NCBI GenBank assembly: GCA_902579585.1
Contig: CACHHJ010000001.1
Span: forward strand, 7,175-71,174
Length of the DNA: 64,000 nt
DNA from: an uncultured Pelagibacteraceae bacterium
Lineage (GTDB): Bacteria > Pseudomonadota > Alphaproteobacteria > Pelagibacterales > Pelagibacteraceae
Direction: 5' to 3'
Below the pieces are notes generated by a model. That model was given only the letters and a program-made list of their open reading frames with translations, was not told where the DNA came from and ran no database searches. Shown here piece after piece: positions 11,713-20,346 of the stretch. The stretch's first letter is position 1; each line of letters starts with the position of its first letter. The translations under genes and the position numbers were made by a program.

Positions 11713-12741
11713 TTAATTTCCAATAATGTTTGAAATTTGTCTAAGCATACTTTCTTTAGTAGGTAATTTATTGTTTCTGATGTCTTCTTGAACCTTTTTA
11801 TAGTTTTTAATTATATCATTAACCGTTTTTTCAAACGAACTTAAATCTCTTTTACATACAAAAATACCTTTTTTATTATTTACAACATAAGAAATTTCCT
11901 CAAAAACTATAACAGGTCTCTCTCTAGATAAAGACTCGTCGACAACATAAGGATAGCCCTCAGTATAAGAGGGTAGCACAGTTATATTATGATTATCATA
12001 AACATTTTTTAATGAATTTGGATCAGAAATATACCCTAGCATTTTAACATTATTTTCTTTTATTTTATAATTTTTAGGGTTACCTACAATTGAAAGCTCC
12101 GAGTCTAAATTGGTTTTTTTAAATATTTCTAAAAAATTAAAAATACCTTTTTCTGCGCTAAGTCTTCCTACATATAAAAATTTTACTTTATCAAGTTCGG
12201 GTTCTTTTTTATTTGCAAACCAATTATTATCTAGCCGCGAAATTGAGATTAAATGAGATTCCTTTTTCACAAGTCTTTTATTACAAACTATAATTTTATC
12301 TGCTTTAGTACACACTATAAACATTAAATGAAAAATCCACACAGACCAGCTTCCTAGTATATACTTCCACTCTTCATGCCCATCACTCCAAAGATACAAA
12401 ATTGTTTTTTTTCTAAACAAAAAAAGTATCAACATTGTTAAAAATGTATAAGGCGTTATAGAAATTATTAAAAATTTTGGATTTTTTTTAAATGTTTTTA
12501 AGACATTACTTATAAAACTAATTATGTTTGATGAAATTTTGATATTTTTTAAATTTAATTTTTGACCACCTCTTTTTTTAGATTTTCTTACAATATATTC
12601 TACATCGTAATAATGGCTTAAGCCTTCTGGTAAAACTTTTAAATCTAAATTATCGCAAAAAATCGATTCACCATCTTTAAGCATTTTCTCATTATTAATT
12701 ATAACCAGATTTTTTTTCTTCATTTTTGATTTAATGTCCAA
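11713..12741 (-). CDS. glycosyltransferase, GT-B fold (family 1/4-like)
   Basis: 342 aa. C-terminal half has VGRLSAEKGI and PSYTEGYPYVVDESLS (E-x7-E-like). The start could be M1 or M7. Confidence 0.75.
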   Translation of the reverse strand: MDIKSKMKKKNLVIINNEKMLKDGESIFCDNLDLKVLPEGLSHYYDVEYIVRKSKKRGGQKLNLKNIKISSNIISFISNVLKTFKKNPKFLIISITPYTFLTMLILFLFRKKTILYLWSDGHEEWKYILGSWSVWIFHLMFIVCTKADKIIVCNKRLVKKESHLISISRLDNNWFANKKEPELDKVKFLYVGRLSAEKGIFNFLEIFKKTNLDSELSIVGNPKNYKIKENNVKMLGYISDPNSLKNVYDNHNITVLPSYTEGYPYVVDESLSRERPVIVFEEISYVVNNKKGIFVCKRDLSSFEKTVNDIIKNYKKVQEDIRNNKLPTKESMLRQISNIIGN

Positions 12742-12847
12742 AGTTTATATCTTAAATATAAGGGATAGAACAATATTTAGATGGTGCAATTATTTGATAT
12801 TTATAAAAAATTTATATAAAACTGGTTTTTTTCTTTATTTAAAATAT

Positions 12848-12937
12848 GGAGAGATGGCTGAGTGGTTGAAAGCGCACGCTTGGAAAGTGTGTAAACGGGA
12901 AACCGTTTCGTGGGTTCGAATCCCACTCTCTCCGCCA
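12848..12937 (+). tRNA. tRNA-Ser (anticodon GGA), CCA encoded
   Basis: Hand-folded cloverleaf. Acceptor GGAGAGA/TCTCTCC, anticodon stem CACGC/GTGTG with loop TTGGAAA, long variable arm AAACGG/CCGTTT, canonical T-arm GTGGG-TTCGAAT-CCCAC, D-loop with GG. Confidence 0.93.
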
Positions 12938-12953
12938 TTTTCTAAAAAATTAT

Positions 12954-13871
12954 TTACTTTGTGATCACTAGACGGTTGATTGGCATTGAGAAACGTCCTT
13001 GCCTTTCAAGATCTCTACTTTGTTTTGATATCGTGAGAAGATCAGATAACTTTGAAAGCATTACCTCACGAGTCTCTGGTGACAGAATAAACGAAGCATA
13101 AAAAAACCCCGCAGTAGTTTCAGCCACTTCAGCAACAGGTCCTTCCATGGATACCATGCTAGTTTCGATGCTAATATTAGAATCTGTAAAAGTCTGACTT
13201 AAAAGATTTTTTAAGCTATCTGTACTACGTATTCTTGGATCACCTAAATCAATCTCACCATATCTGGGTAGCTTAGCTTGTACATATTTATAGATTAAAT
13301 TGTATACATCACTATATCCAGGAGCTGCATTCATAGGTCCGTTGACCAATGCCGCAAACCTTCCACCTGCTGATAGTACACGACGGATTTCGTTTAACAC
13401 TGGAGTAATTGGGTTCATTAATGTCAAAGCCCAATGGCACAATACAACGTCTATTGAGTTATCATTAATAGCCGTCAAATTTTGTGCTTTTAACTCAAAC
13501 AGATCAACCGAGCCTTTTGGTAGACGCGCCTTAGCCAGTTCTAATTCTTCAGGACTTATATCTGCTCCTTTTAATTTAAAGTTTTTATTAAGGTCGTATA
13601 AGATTTTTAGTAATGGTCCTGATCCACAAGCAAGATCCAGCACACGTGTACCATCAACATCAGGCACTATTTCAGCTAACCATTCATAACTATTGCGTCC
13701 AGCTTTATCGCGGCATGAACTTGCACACTTTTCTGTGAAACCTGCATTATTTTGATGCACAGTTTTTAGATGGGCGAGTAGCGCTTTATTATCTGGCTGT
13801 TGATTGTTAGCAATACTTTCAGTCCAGATCGAGTTAAGGCCGGTCCGAGCATTTACATTTTTATTTGTCAT
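12954..13871 (-). CDS. class I SAM-dependent methyltransferase
   Basis: About 305 aa with [11 protein letters not shown] (motif I) and DVVLCHWAL. The ATG at 13871 is preferred; the ORF-track first codon at 13874 is TTG. It overlaps the upstream dioxygenase stop by 11 nt. Arg codon 9 is CGG. Confidence 0.8.
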   Translation of the reverse strand: MTNKNVNARTGLNSIWTESIANNQQPDNKALLAHLKTVHQNNAGFTEKCASSCRDKAGRNSYEWLAEIVPDVDGTRVLDLACGSGPLLKILYDLNKNFKLKGADISPEELELAKARLPKGSVDLFELKAQNLTAINDNSIDVVLCHWALTLMNPITPVLNEIRRVLSAGGRFAALVNGPMNAAPGYSDVYNLIYKYVQAKLPRYGEIDLGDPRIRSTDSLKNLLSQTFTDSNISIETSMVSMEGPVAEVAETTAGFFYASFILSPETREVMLSKLSDLLTISKQSRDLERQGRFSMPINRLVITK

Positions 13872-14856
13872 CAATAGGCCAACAAATTGGATTCAGTGGA
13901 CTAGCAGCAACTTCGCCAGGTTTTATGTTTGGCATAAATTTTTGCCAGTCTCCAGAAACCATTGTGGGTGCGTTTACCACCCGTGCTCCATCTCTAAAAT
14001 AAGTATTGGCTAAAGCTACTCGGCTACGATTAGTTCGATTCCGTGATGCAGTATGAAAATTTAAATTGTGATGAAAGCTAACTTCGCCTAGCTCAAATGG
14101 GGTTTCATTCACTGTGACGCTATTTTTTTTAAAAACTTCAGACACTCCACGGTCATAGCCAGTACCAGTTTTTTCAAATGTAACAGCATTAACCAACTTA
14201 TGTACATCTAACGGATAGGCGAAAGAGAGCGGACCCATCTCAATTGGTGTTGGTTGTGCTGGAACCCAAGCAGTGACCACATCGTTGGTATCTAATGGAA
14301 AATGATGGTCGTCATAATGCCATGGCGTTCTACCACAACCAGCTTGTTTTGCTAAAACATTATCATGGTAGAGTCTAACTGCCGGGACCCCTAGAAGATC
14401 AGCTGAAATTTGTCCAAGTCGAGGTGATAATACATATGAACGTATAAGTTTGTTTTTAGGCCATATCATCTCAAGACTAAGGAAACGGTCATATGCCTCT
14501 TTATCAGGATCAACATTAAATTCTTTTTTTAACAGTTTAATTAATTCACCCCTTAGTTTAAGCACGACTCCAGGAGAAAAAACTTTTTTTAACTTAATAA
14601 AACCATTCTTTCTGAAGAAATCGATTTGGTCATTTTTCAAAGGGTAAGTCTCAGTCAATTCGGAGATAACTTCATCATCACTAGGAATTGTAACATTTGG
14701 CAAAGGTTCAACAGAAATTATCGGATCTTTTTTAATATTATTATCTGCAAGACCAACATACCAGTCCCACCAGGCCTGGTTGTCTTTATCCCAGGGTTTA
14801 CTAATATCGGTGATATCAGACTCACTAGAACTTCGTTTACCTCGAAACATTTTCAT
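13861..14856 (-). CDS. PhyH (phytanoyl-CoA dioxygenase)-family Fe(II)/2-oxoglutarate dioxygenase
   Basis: 331 aa. TPWHYDDHHFPLD (HxD iron ligands) and a distal FHHNLNFHTASRN (His/Arg) are compatible with a 2OG oxygenase. Family assigned by eye only. Confidence 0.7.
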   Translation of the reverse strand: MKMFRGKRSSSESDITDISKPWDKDNQAWWDWYVGLADNNIKKDPIISVEPLPNVTIPSDDEVISELTETYPLKNDQIDFFRKNGFIKLKKVFSPGVVLKLRGELIKLLKKEFNVDPDKEAYDRFLSLEMIWPKNKLIRSYVLSPRLGQISADLLGVPAVRLYHDNVLAKQAGCGRTPWHYDDHHFPLDTNDVVTAWVPAQPTPIEMGPLSFAYPLDVHKLVNAVTFEKTGTGYDRGVSEVFKKNSVTVNETPFELGEVSFHHNLNFHTASRNRTNRSRVALANTYFRDGARVVNAPTMVSGDWQKFMPNIKPGEVAASPLNPICWPIDDK

Positions 14857-14966
14857 ATAAAAAATTATACAGTTTTTTTTACAATTAGTAAGTGCGCGTT
14901 TTTAAACATCAAATAAAGACTTTATGTGGATAAAGCATTTAAAAAAAAGATAAAAAGTTTAGTAAA

Positions 14967-14975
14967 TGCTATAAT
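14967..14975 (+). promoter_or_regulatory. possible extended -10 element (TGcTATAAT) upstream of the micro-ORF
   Basis: TG at 14967-68 and TATAAT at 14970-75, 22 nt upstream of the ATG at 14998. AT-rich context makes chance matches common. Confidence 0.25.
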
Positions 14976-14997
14976 TAGTTGATTCGAAAGGAGCTGT

Positions 14998-15054
14998 ATG
15001 AGTGGACTAGAAATATTAGTAGTAGCAGTTGTAATTTACTACTTAGCTACTTAA
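14998..15054 (+). CDS. 18-codon hydrophobic micro-ORF (MSGLEILVVAVVIYYLAT*), hypothetical
   Basis: AAAGGAG (14987-93) lies 4 nt before the ATG. It sits in the longest non-coding spacer of the window and is below the ORF-track length cut-off. Confidence 0.3.
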   Translation: MSGLEILVVAVVIYYLAT

Positions 15055-15082
15055 CTATCTAAAAGTTTAATTTTTAAAATAT

Positions 15083-15106
15083 GTATTTATCGCCAAGATA
15101 AAATAC
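15083..15106 (-). terminator. weak AT-rich hairpin, possible terminator downstream of the NlpC/P60 gene
   Basis: GTATTTATC-gccaa-GATAAAATAC (9 bp, one bulge), followed on the minus strand by a T-rich run. Low stability. Confidence 0.2.
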
Positions 15107-15142
15107 AAATCCTACTGCTAACCCTAATAATATCCAATGCAT

Positions 15143-15886
15143 CTAAATCCTTCTTATACTAGTAACTTTTAATTTAGCAGTTCTTTCGATTCTTTCTATA
15201 GCTTTTTTCGTATCCATAATAACGACTTTTTTCATTGGCCCGTAAGCATGAATAATTTTTTTATTAGATAAAGCTACAGCCACGTGTCCTTTCCAAAAAA
15301 TTATGTCATTTTTTCTTAAATTTTTTAACTTTATTTTTTTAGTCAAGTATTTTTCTTGATCCCGTGAGTCTCTTGGAAAAAATTTATTGTTATAATTCAA
15401 AAAAACCTGAACTAATGCTGAACAGTCAATTCCTTTAAAACTTTTTCCGCCCCAGAGATATTTAGTATTCTTAAATAATTTAATATTTTTAAAAATATTT
15501 TTATTTTTATGAGATACTTTTTTTAAATCTGATAATTTAATCCAATAATTCTCAAATTTTCCAAACTTACCTTTTTTTTCAGTAACGTTTAATCGCGAGT
15601 TGAAAGACAAGTATTTGCTAATTTTATTTTTAATACTAGGCTTACTGTATAGATTTGCTTTTAAAATAAATACTTTAAAATTTGCTTTAATTGGTGCAGG
15701 AAATTTTTTGCTTTTTATAAAACCTTTATATCCATCTTTTATATTTGTAATTTTTTTCCAATTTTTATTTTTTTTTATTATCCTAAAATTATCCCCATAA
15801 AGAAGTTGGGTATCTATTTTAGATTTTAAGTTACTCTTATTATAAATATTTAAAACTGGAGAATTATTTCCAAAATTATTTTTCAC
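15143..15886 (-). CDS. NlpC/P60 (C40) family peptidoglycan peptidase with N-terminal SH3-like region
   Basis: 247 aa with YLWGGKSFKGIDCSALVQ (catalytic Cys) and WKGHVAV (His). The first codon is GTG and there is no early in-frame ATG. Overlaps the ampG stop by 11 nt. Confidence 0.8.
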   Translation of the reverse strand: MKNNFGNNSPVLNIYNKSNLKSKIDTQLLYGDNFRIIKKNKNWKKITNIKDGYKGFIKSKKFPAPIKANFKVFILKANLYSKPSIKNKISKYLSFNSRLNVTEKKGKFGKFENYWIKLSDLKKVSHKNKNIFKNIKLFKNTKYLWGGKSFKGIDCSALVQVFLNYNNKFFPRDSRDQEKYLTKKIKLKNLRKNDIIFWKGHVAVALSNKKIIHAYGPMKKVVIMDTKKAIERIERTAKLKVTSIRRI

Positions 15887-17252
15887 TTAATTTTATGTCT
15901 TTTCTAATTATATAAAGAAAAATTAATGATGGTATTACCATTACCGCAGTGATTACAAAGAAAATACCCCAATCACCATTTAACCAATCTACCATTGCAC
16001 CAGATGACGCTGCTAATGTAGTTCGTCCAGCGGTACCAATAGATGCTAGTAGTGCATATTGTGTTGCCGTGTAGGTTCTATCAACCAGCATAGAAATAAA
16101 CGCAACAAAAGCTACTGTAGCAAAAGCAGCAGCCATATCATCAAAGATAACAGCTACAGCAAACAACCATTCTGATTTTCCCGACCAAGCAAGCAAAGAA
16201 AATAAAAGGTTTGTAGACGCCATAAGTATTCCCGAAACAAACATAGCTTTGATCACACCTGATCTTATTGCAAATAGTCCGCCCAGTAATGTAAAAACAA
16301 CAGTGGTGATCCAACCTAACCCTTTAGAATAAATTGCTATATCAGATTTAGTAAAGCCTATTTCTTTATAAAATACTATGGACATTCGACCAAGAAAAGC
16401 CTCGCCTATCTTAAACAAAAATACAAAACCTAAAATTCCTAACGCAATCTTCAACCCATTTTTGTTAAAGAAACTTATAATCGGCCCAGCGATTGTTCCA
16501 CTGATCCAGGCAGCTGAAATTGTAAAAAAATTTGATGATCCAAGCTTTTTCTCTATCATCTTATCAGTTTCTTTCTGAGAAGCTTGTCTATCTGAGCTTT
16601 GTGCTTCATGCACAAACATTAAGCCAATATTACAAGCTATGATTACAATCCCGAGTATTAAAAAAGTAATTTGCCAATAATTTTCAAATCCCAATTTTTC
16701 AAAATAATCTGCAGTATTAAGTGAAATCACACCACCAAGTTTATATCCTGTCCACCATCCAACAACAGCCATTGCTGCACCTGCTTGCATTGATTTTCCT
16801 TCATGTTTACCAATCTGTTCAATTCTTAATGCATCGACAGTGATATCTTGTGTGGCTGAAGCAATTGCAATAATCAAACCAACTGTAATAACCAAAGCAA
16901 GATTGGCATTTGGATCCACAAAATTCCAAAAAACCAAACTAAATAAAATTATCATTTGCATTAAAATTATCCAACCTCGACGATGACCAACTTTATTTGT
17001 TAACCAAGGGATACGTATCCTATCAATTAAAGGAGCCCATAAATAATTAAAAGCATAAACTGCAAAAATTAATCCTGCCCAACCAATAGTACTTCTACTT
17101 AGACCTTCCTCTTTTAACCAAAGGCTTAAACTACTTCCAATGATGACCCACGGGAAACCACTTATTGCACCCAAAAGAAGAATACGAATCATTCTTTTGT
17201 CTAAATAAACTTTAAAAGATTCTGCAAATGATTGTTTTTGATAAATATCCAT
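15876..17252 (-). CDS. ampG: AmpG-family muropeptide/MFS permease
   Basis: 458 aa, about 12-14 hydrophobic helices. N-terminus YLDKRMIRILLLGAISGFPWV... and RRGWI are typical of AmpG. Confidence 0.85.
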   Translation of the reverse strand: MDIYQKQSFAESFKVYLDKRMIRILLLGAISGFPWVIIGSSLSLWLKEEGLSRSTIGWAGLIFAVYAFNYLWAPLIDRIRIPWLTNKVGHRRGWIILMQMIILFSLVFWNFVDPNANLALVITVGLIIAIASATQDITVDALRIEQIGKHEGKSMQAGAAMAVVGWWTGYKLGGVISLNTADYFEKLGFENYWQITFLILGIVIIACNIGLMFVHEAQSSDRQASQKETDKMIEKKLGSSNFFTISAAWISGTIAGPIISFFNKNGLKIALGILGFVFLFKIGEAFLGRMSIVFYKEIGFTKSDIAIYSKGLGWITTVVFTLLGGLFAIRSGVIKAMFVSGILMASTNLLFSLLAWSGKSEWLFAVAVIFDDMAAAFATVAFVAFISMLVDRTYTATQYALLASIGTAGRTTLAASSGAMVDWLNGDWGIFFVITAVMVIPSLIFLYIIRKDIKLSEK

Positions 17253-17273
17253 TTCAGATAAGTATAGATTAAT

Positions 17274-18719
17274 TTACGTTCGCCAGAAAGATGGTAAAAA
17301 CAACACTAGAACAGCAAAAATTTCCAATCTACCAAGCAGCATCGCGAAGGATAATATCCATTTAGATATATCAGAGACTTGACTGAAATTACCATTTGGT
17401 CCTATCATTTCGCCCAAGCCAGGCCCAACATTTGATATTGATGTAGCAGCACCAGAGATAGCAGACAAAAAATCAAGACCGGAAATTGATAAAAGTATTG
17501 AAATTATCAAGAATAATAATAAGTAAGAAAAAATAAAAATTATGACAGAATTAATAAAAGCATCTTCTACTTTTTGATTATTATAATTTAGTATAAAAAT
17601 ACTGTTCGGATATATTAATTTTTTTATATGGTTTCCCACAAACCTAAAAAGTATTTGCAATCTAAAAATTTTTATACCACAAGTTGTTGAGCCCGCACAG
17701 CCTCCAATAAACATTAAAAATAAAAAAAATATTAAAGGGAATTCACCCCACAAACCAAAATCATCGGTTACATAACCTGTTCCAGACAGTATTGACAAAA
17801 CATTAAAAGATGAGATTCTTAAATTATCTAAAAAAGTAAATTCATTATTATTAAAAAATAAGTATAAAAACATAACTGCTATTGAAACAATAACCAAATA
17901 TATAAAACCTCTGATTTGCACATCAGTGAAAAATATTTTTCTATTACCTTTTATAAATTTCAAATAAGCGATGAAAGGAAGACTTCCTAAAATAATAAAA
18001 ATTATAGATGTAAATTCGATACCAGGACTTTTGAAGTAACCAATAGACTCATTATGAGTTGAGAATCCTCCAGTAGCAAGTGTTGTTAAAGCATGGGCTA
18101 TACTATCGAAAACAGACATTCCTTGTAACCAGTATATTATTGTACAGCTAATGGTCAGCGTTGTATAAATTAAAATAATTACTGAAGCAACCTCAATAGT
18201 CTTTGGTAAAAGTTTTTCTGCTTCTGAAGAATCTGTTTTGAAAACTTGCATGCCACCAACTTTCAAAAGGGGCAGTACAGTTGTTGCCATAACAATTATA
18301 CCTACTCCACCAAGCCATTGCATTATTGCTCTCCACATTAAAATACTTTTTGGAGTCTCCTCTAAGTTAGATATCACTGTGGATCCTGTTGTTGTGATAC
18401 CAGACATACTTTCGAAAAAAGCTTCACTAAAATTTAGATCTAAGTTTGAGAGAAAAAAAGGAATACTTCCAAAAAAAGCGATACTAATCCAAGACATAGT
18501 TGAAAATAAAAAGGCTTGCTGAAGGTTTAATTGATTATCTCGTTTCAAAGTAGCAAGAATCGTAAGTATCCCAATAAAGATTGTAATAATTGACGATGAA
18601 AAAAAGCTGTTACTATTCTCCTTGTATAGGATTTGTATTCCATAGGGTATCAACATAAAAACACCCAGAATTAATAACAAAATTCCTACAACGAAAAAAA
18701 CTGTTTTATTCGTTATCAT
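17274..18719 (-). CDS. trkH: TrkH-family potassium uptake protein
   Basis: Polytopic protein with repeated selectivity-filter-like TTTG/GFST/GTGY/GPGLG segments. I prefer the ATG at 18719 (MITNKTVFF...); the ORF-track start at 18746 is TTG. Confidence 0.88.
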   Translation of the reverse strand: MITNKTVFFVVGILLLILGVFMLIPYGIQILYKENSNSFFSSSIITIFIGILTILATLKRDNQLNLQQAFLFSTMSWISIAFFGSIPFFLSNLDLNFSEAFFESMSGITTTGSTVISNLEETPKSILMWRAIMQWLGGVGIIVMATTVLPLLKVGGMQVFKTDSSEAEKLLPKTIEVASVIILIYTTLTISCTIIYWLQGMSVFDSIAHALTTLATGGFSTHNESIGYFKSPGIEFTSIIFIILGSLPFIAYLKFIKGNRKIFFTDVQIRGFIYLVIVSIAVMFLYLFFNNNEFTFLDNLRISSFNVLSILSGTGYVTDDFGLWGEFPLIFFLFLMFIGGCAGSTTCGIKIFRLQILFRFVGNHIKKLIYPNSIFILNYNNQKVEDAFINSVIIFIFSYLLLFLIISILLSISGLDFLSAISGAATSISNVGPGLGEMIGPNGNFSQVSDISKWILSFAMLLGRLEIFAVLVLFLPSFWRT

Positions 18720-18775
18720 AAAATTTGGACAATATTTAAATAGCAATAAAATTCAACTTATTATAAACCTTAATT

Positions 18776-20341
18776 ATGCTTGAATCTGATCTAATAAACT
18801 CAACATCTTCCTGGCCATTTGTAGAAATAAGGAAACTACTTAAAGATAGAAAAGAAATTATTAAGAAAAAAAACAAAATTACTTTTCAAACGGGATATGG
18901 CCCGAGCGGATTACCACATATCGGTACGTTTGGAGAAGTCTCAAGAACCTCAATGATGATAAACGCTTTAAACCATATTAATAAAATTAATAGTGAGTTA
19001 ATAACTTTCTCTGATGATATGGATGGACTTAGAAAAGTTCCAGATAATATTCCTAATGATAAAATTTTACATGATAATATTGGAAAACCACTTACTGCAA
19101 TTCCAGATCCATTTCAAAAATATGGGAGTTTCGGTGAACATAACAATAAAATGCTAATAGAATTTTTAAAAAAATTTAATTTTAATTTTATTTTCAAAAG
19201 TTCAACAGAAAACTATAAAAAAGGTATATTTAACAATTCTCTAGAAAGGGTATTCGAAAAATTAGAGGATATTATGAATATTATATTACCTACACTTGGT
19301 AGCGAAAGACGAAAAACTTACAGTCCTTTTTTGCCCATATGTCCTGAAACCGGTAAAGTTTTGGAAATTCCAGTAATCGAAATAGATAAAAAAAATAAAA
19401 CATTAGTTTTTGATAATGCAGGAAAAAAAATAAAAACTAGTATTTTAAATGGTAAATGTAAATTACAATGGAAAGTTGATTGGGCAATGAGGTGGTTTAC
19501 ATTTGATGTAGATTTTGAAATGTATGGAAAAGACTTGATCGAAAGTGCAATTTTATCAAATAAAATTTGTAAAGCCATGGGTAAGCAACCTCCAAATGGT
19601 TTTGCATATGAACTTTTTTTAGATGAGAAAGGAGAGAAAATTTCAAAATCTAAAGGTAATGGAATTACTATTGAGCAGTGGCTTAAATATGCTTCACCAG
19701 AAAGTCTATCACTTTACATGTATCAAAATCCAAAAAGAGCTAAAAAGCTTTATCCAGATGTAGTACCAAAGGCAGTTGATGAATATTTGTCCTACATAGA
19801 AAAATTTGAAAGTCAAAAAGAAAAAGAAAAACTTTTAAATCCAGTATGGCATATTCATAGCGGTTTACCTCCAAAAGAAAAAATAATTATGCCATTTTCA
19901 ATGTTATTAAATATAGTTGGATCCAGCAATGCAAAGAAAAAAGATGTTTTATGGAAGTTCATAAAAAAATTTCATAAAGAAATAGAACCAAAAAACCATA
20001 AAATTTTAGATGAGCTTACTGATTATGCAATTAATTATTTTATAGATGAAGTCGAACCAAAAAAAAAATTTAAAAAACCTTCTGTTGAAGAAACTAAGGC
20101 CTTAAAAAACTTAATAGCATCTTTAAAAAAGGTTACCCAAGATACCCCCCCAGAAGATATACAAACAATAATTTATACTTCAGGTAAAGAGAATGGATAT
20201 AGCGATAATCTAAGGAACTGGTTTAAGTTAATTTATGAAGTTATTTTTGGTGAAGAAAATGGTCCAAGAATGGGCTTTTTCATAAGTTTTTTTGGATTAA
20301 AAGAGACAATTGATTTAATGGAAAAAAAGTTGAAAATATAA
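18776..20341 (+). CDS. lysK: lysine--tRNA ligase, class I
   Basis: 521 aa with GYGPSGLPHIGTFGE (HIGH-like) and KISKSKGNG (KMSKS). Class I LysRS is typical of alphaproteobacteria. Confidence 0.93.
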   Translation: MLESDLINSTSSWPFVEIRKLLKDRKEIIKKKNKITFQTGYGPSGLPHIGTFGEVSRTSMMINALNHINKINSELITFSDDMDGLRKVPDNIPNDKILHDNIGKPLTAIPDPFQKYGSFGEHNNKMLIEFLKKFNFNFIFKSSTENYKKGIFNNSLERVFEKLEDIMNIILPTLGSERRKTYSPFLPICPETGKVLEIPVIEIDKKNKTLVFDNAGKKIKTSILNGKCKLQWKVDWAMRWFTFDVDFEMYGKDLIESAILSNKICKAMGKQPPNGFAYELFLDEKGEKISKSKGNGITIEQWLKYASPESLSLYMYQNPKRAKKLYPDVVPKAVDEYLSYIEKFESQKEKEKLLNPVWHIHSGLPPKEKIIMPFSMLLNIVGSSNAKKKDVLWKFIKKFHKEIEPKNHKILDELTDYAINYFIDEVEPKKKFKKPSVEETKALKNLIASLKKVTQDTPPEDIQTIIYTSGKENGYSDNLRNWFKLIYEVIFGEENGPRMGFFISFFGLKETIDLMEKKLKI

Positions 20342-20346
20342 ATTTG

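Noticed and set aside
12734-12964. 76-aa ORF on the plus strand spanning the tRNA-Ser gene.
   Set aside because: The region folds into a canonical tRNA-Ser. The ORF is an accidental open frame across it.
14998-15054. The 18-aa peptide as a RiPP precursor for the neighbouring dioxygenase and methyltransferase.
   Set aside because: It is too short for a leader plus core, entirely hydrophobic, divergently oriented, and there is no protease or exporter nearby. The idea is not supportable from sequence.
12938-15142. Classical integrase-mediated genomic island at tRNA-Ser.
   Set aside because: I looked for an integrase gene and for a direct repeat of the tRNA 3' end (…TTCGAATCCCACTCTCTCCGCCA) at the far side, around 14857-15142, and found neither. 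I keep only the weaker claim of a compositionally distinct cassette.
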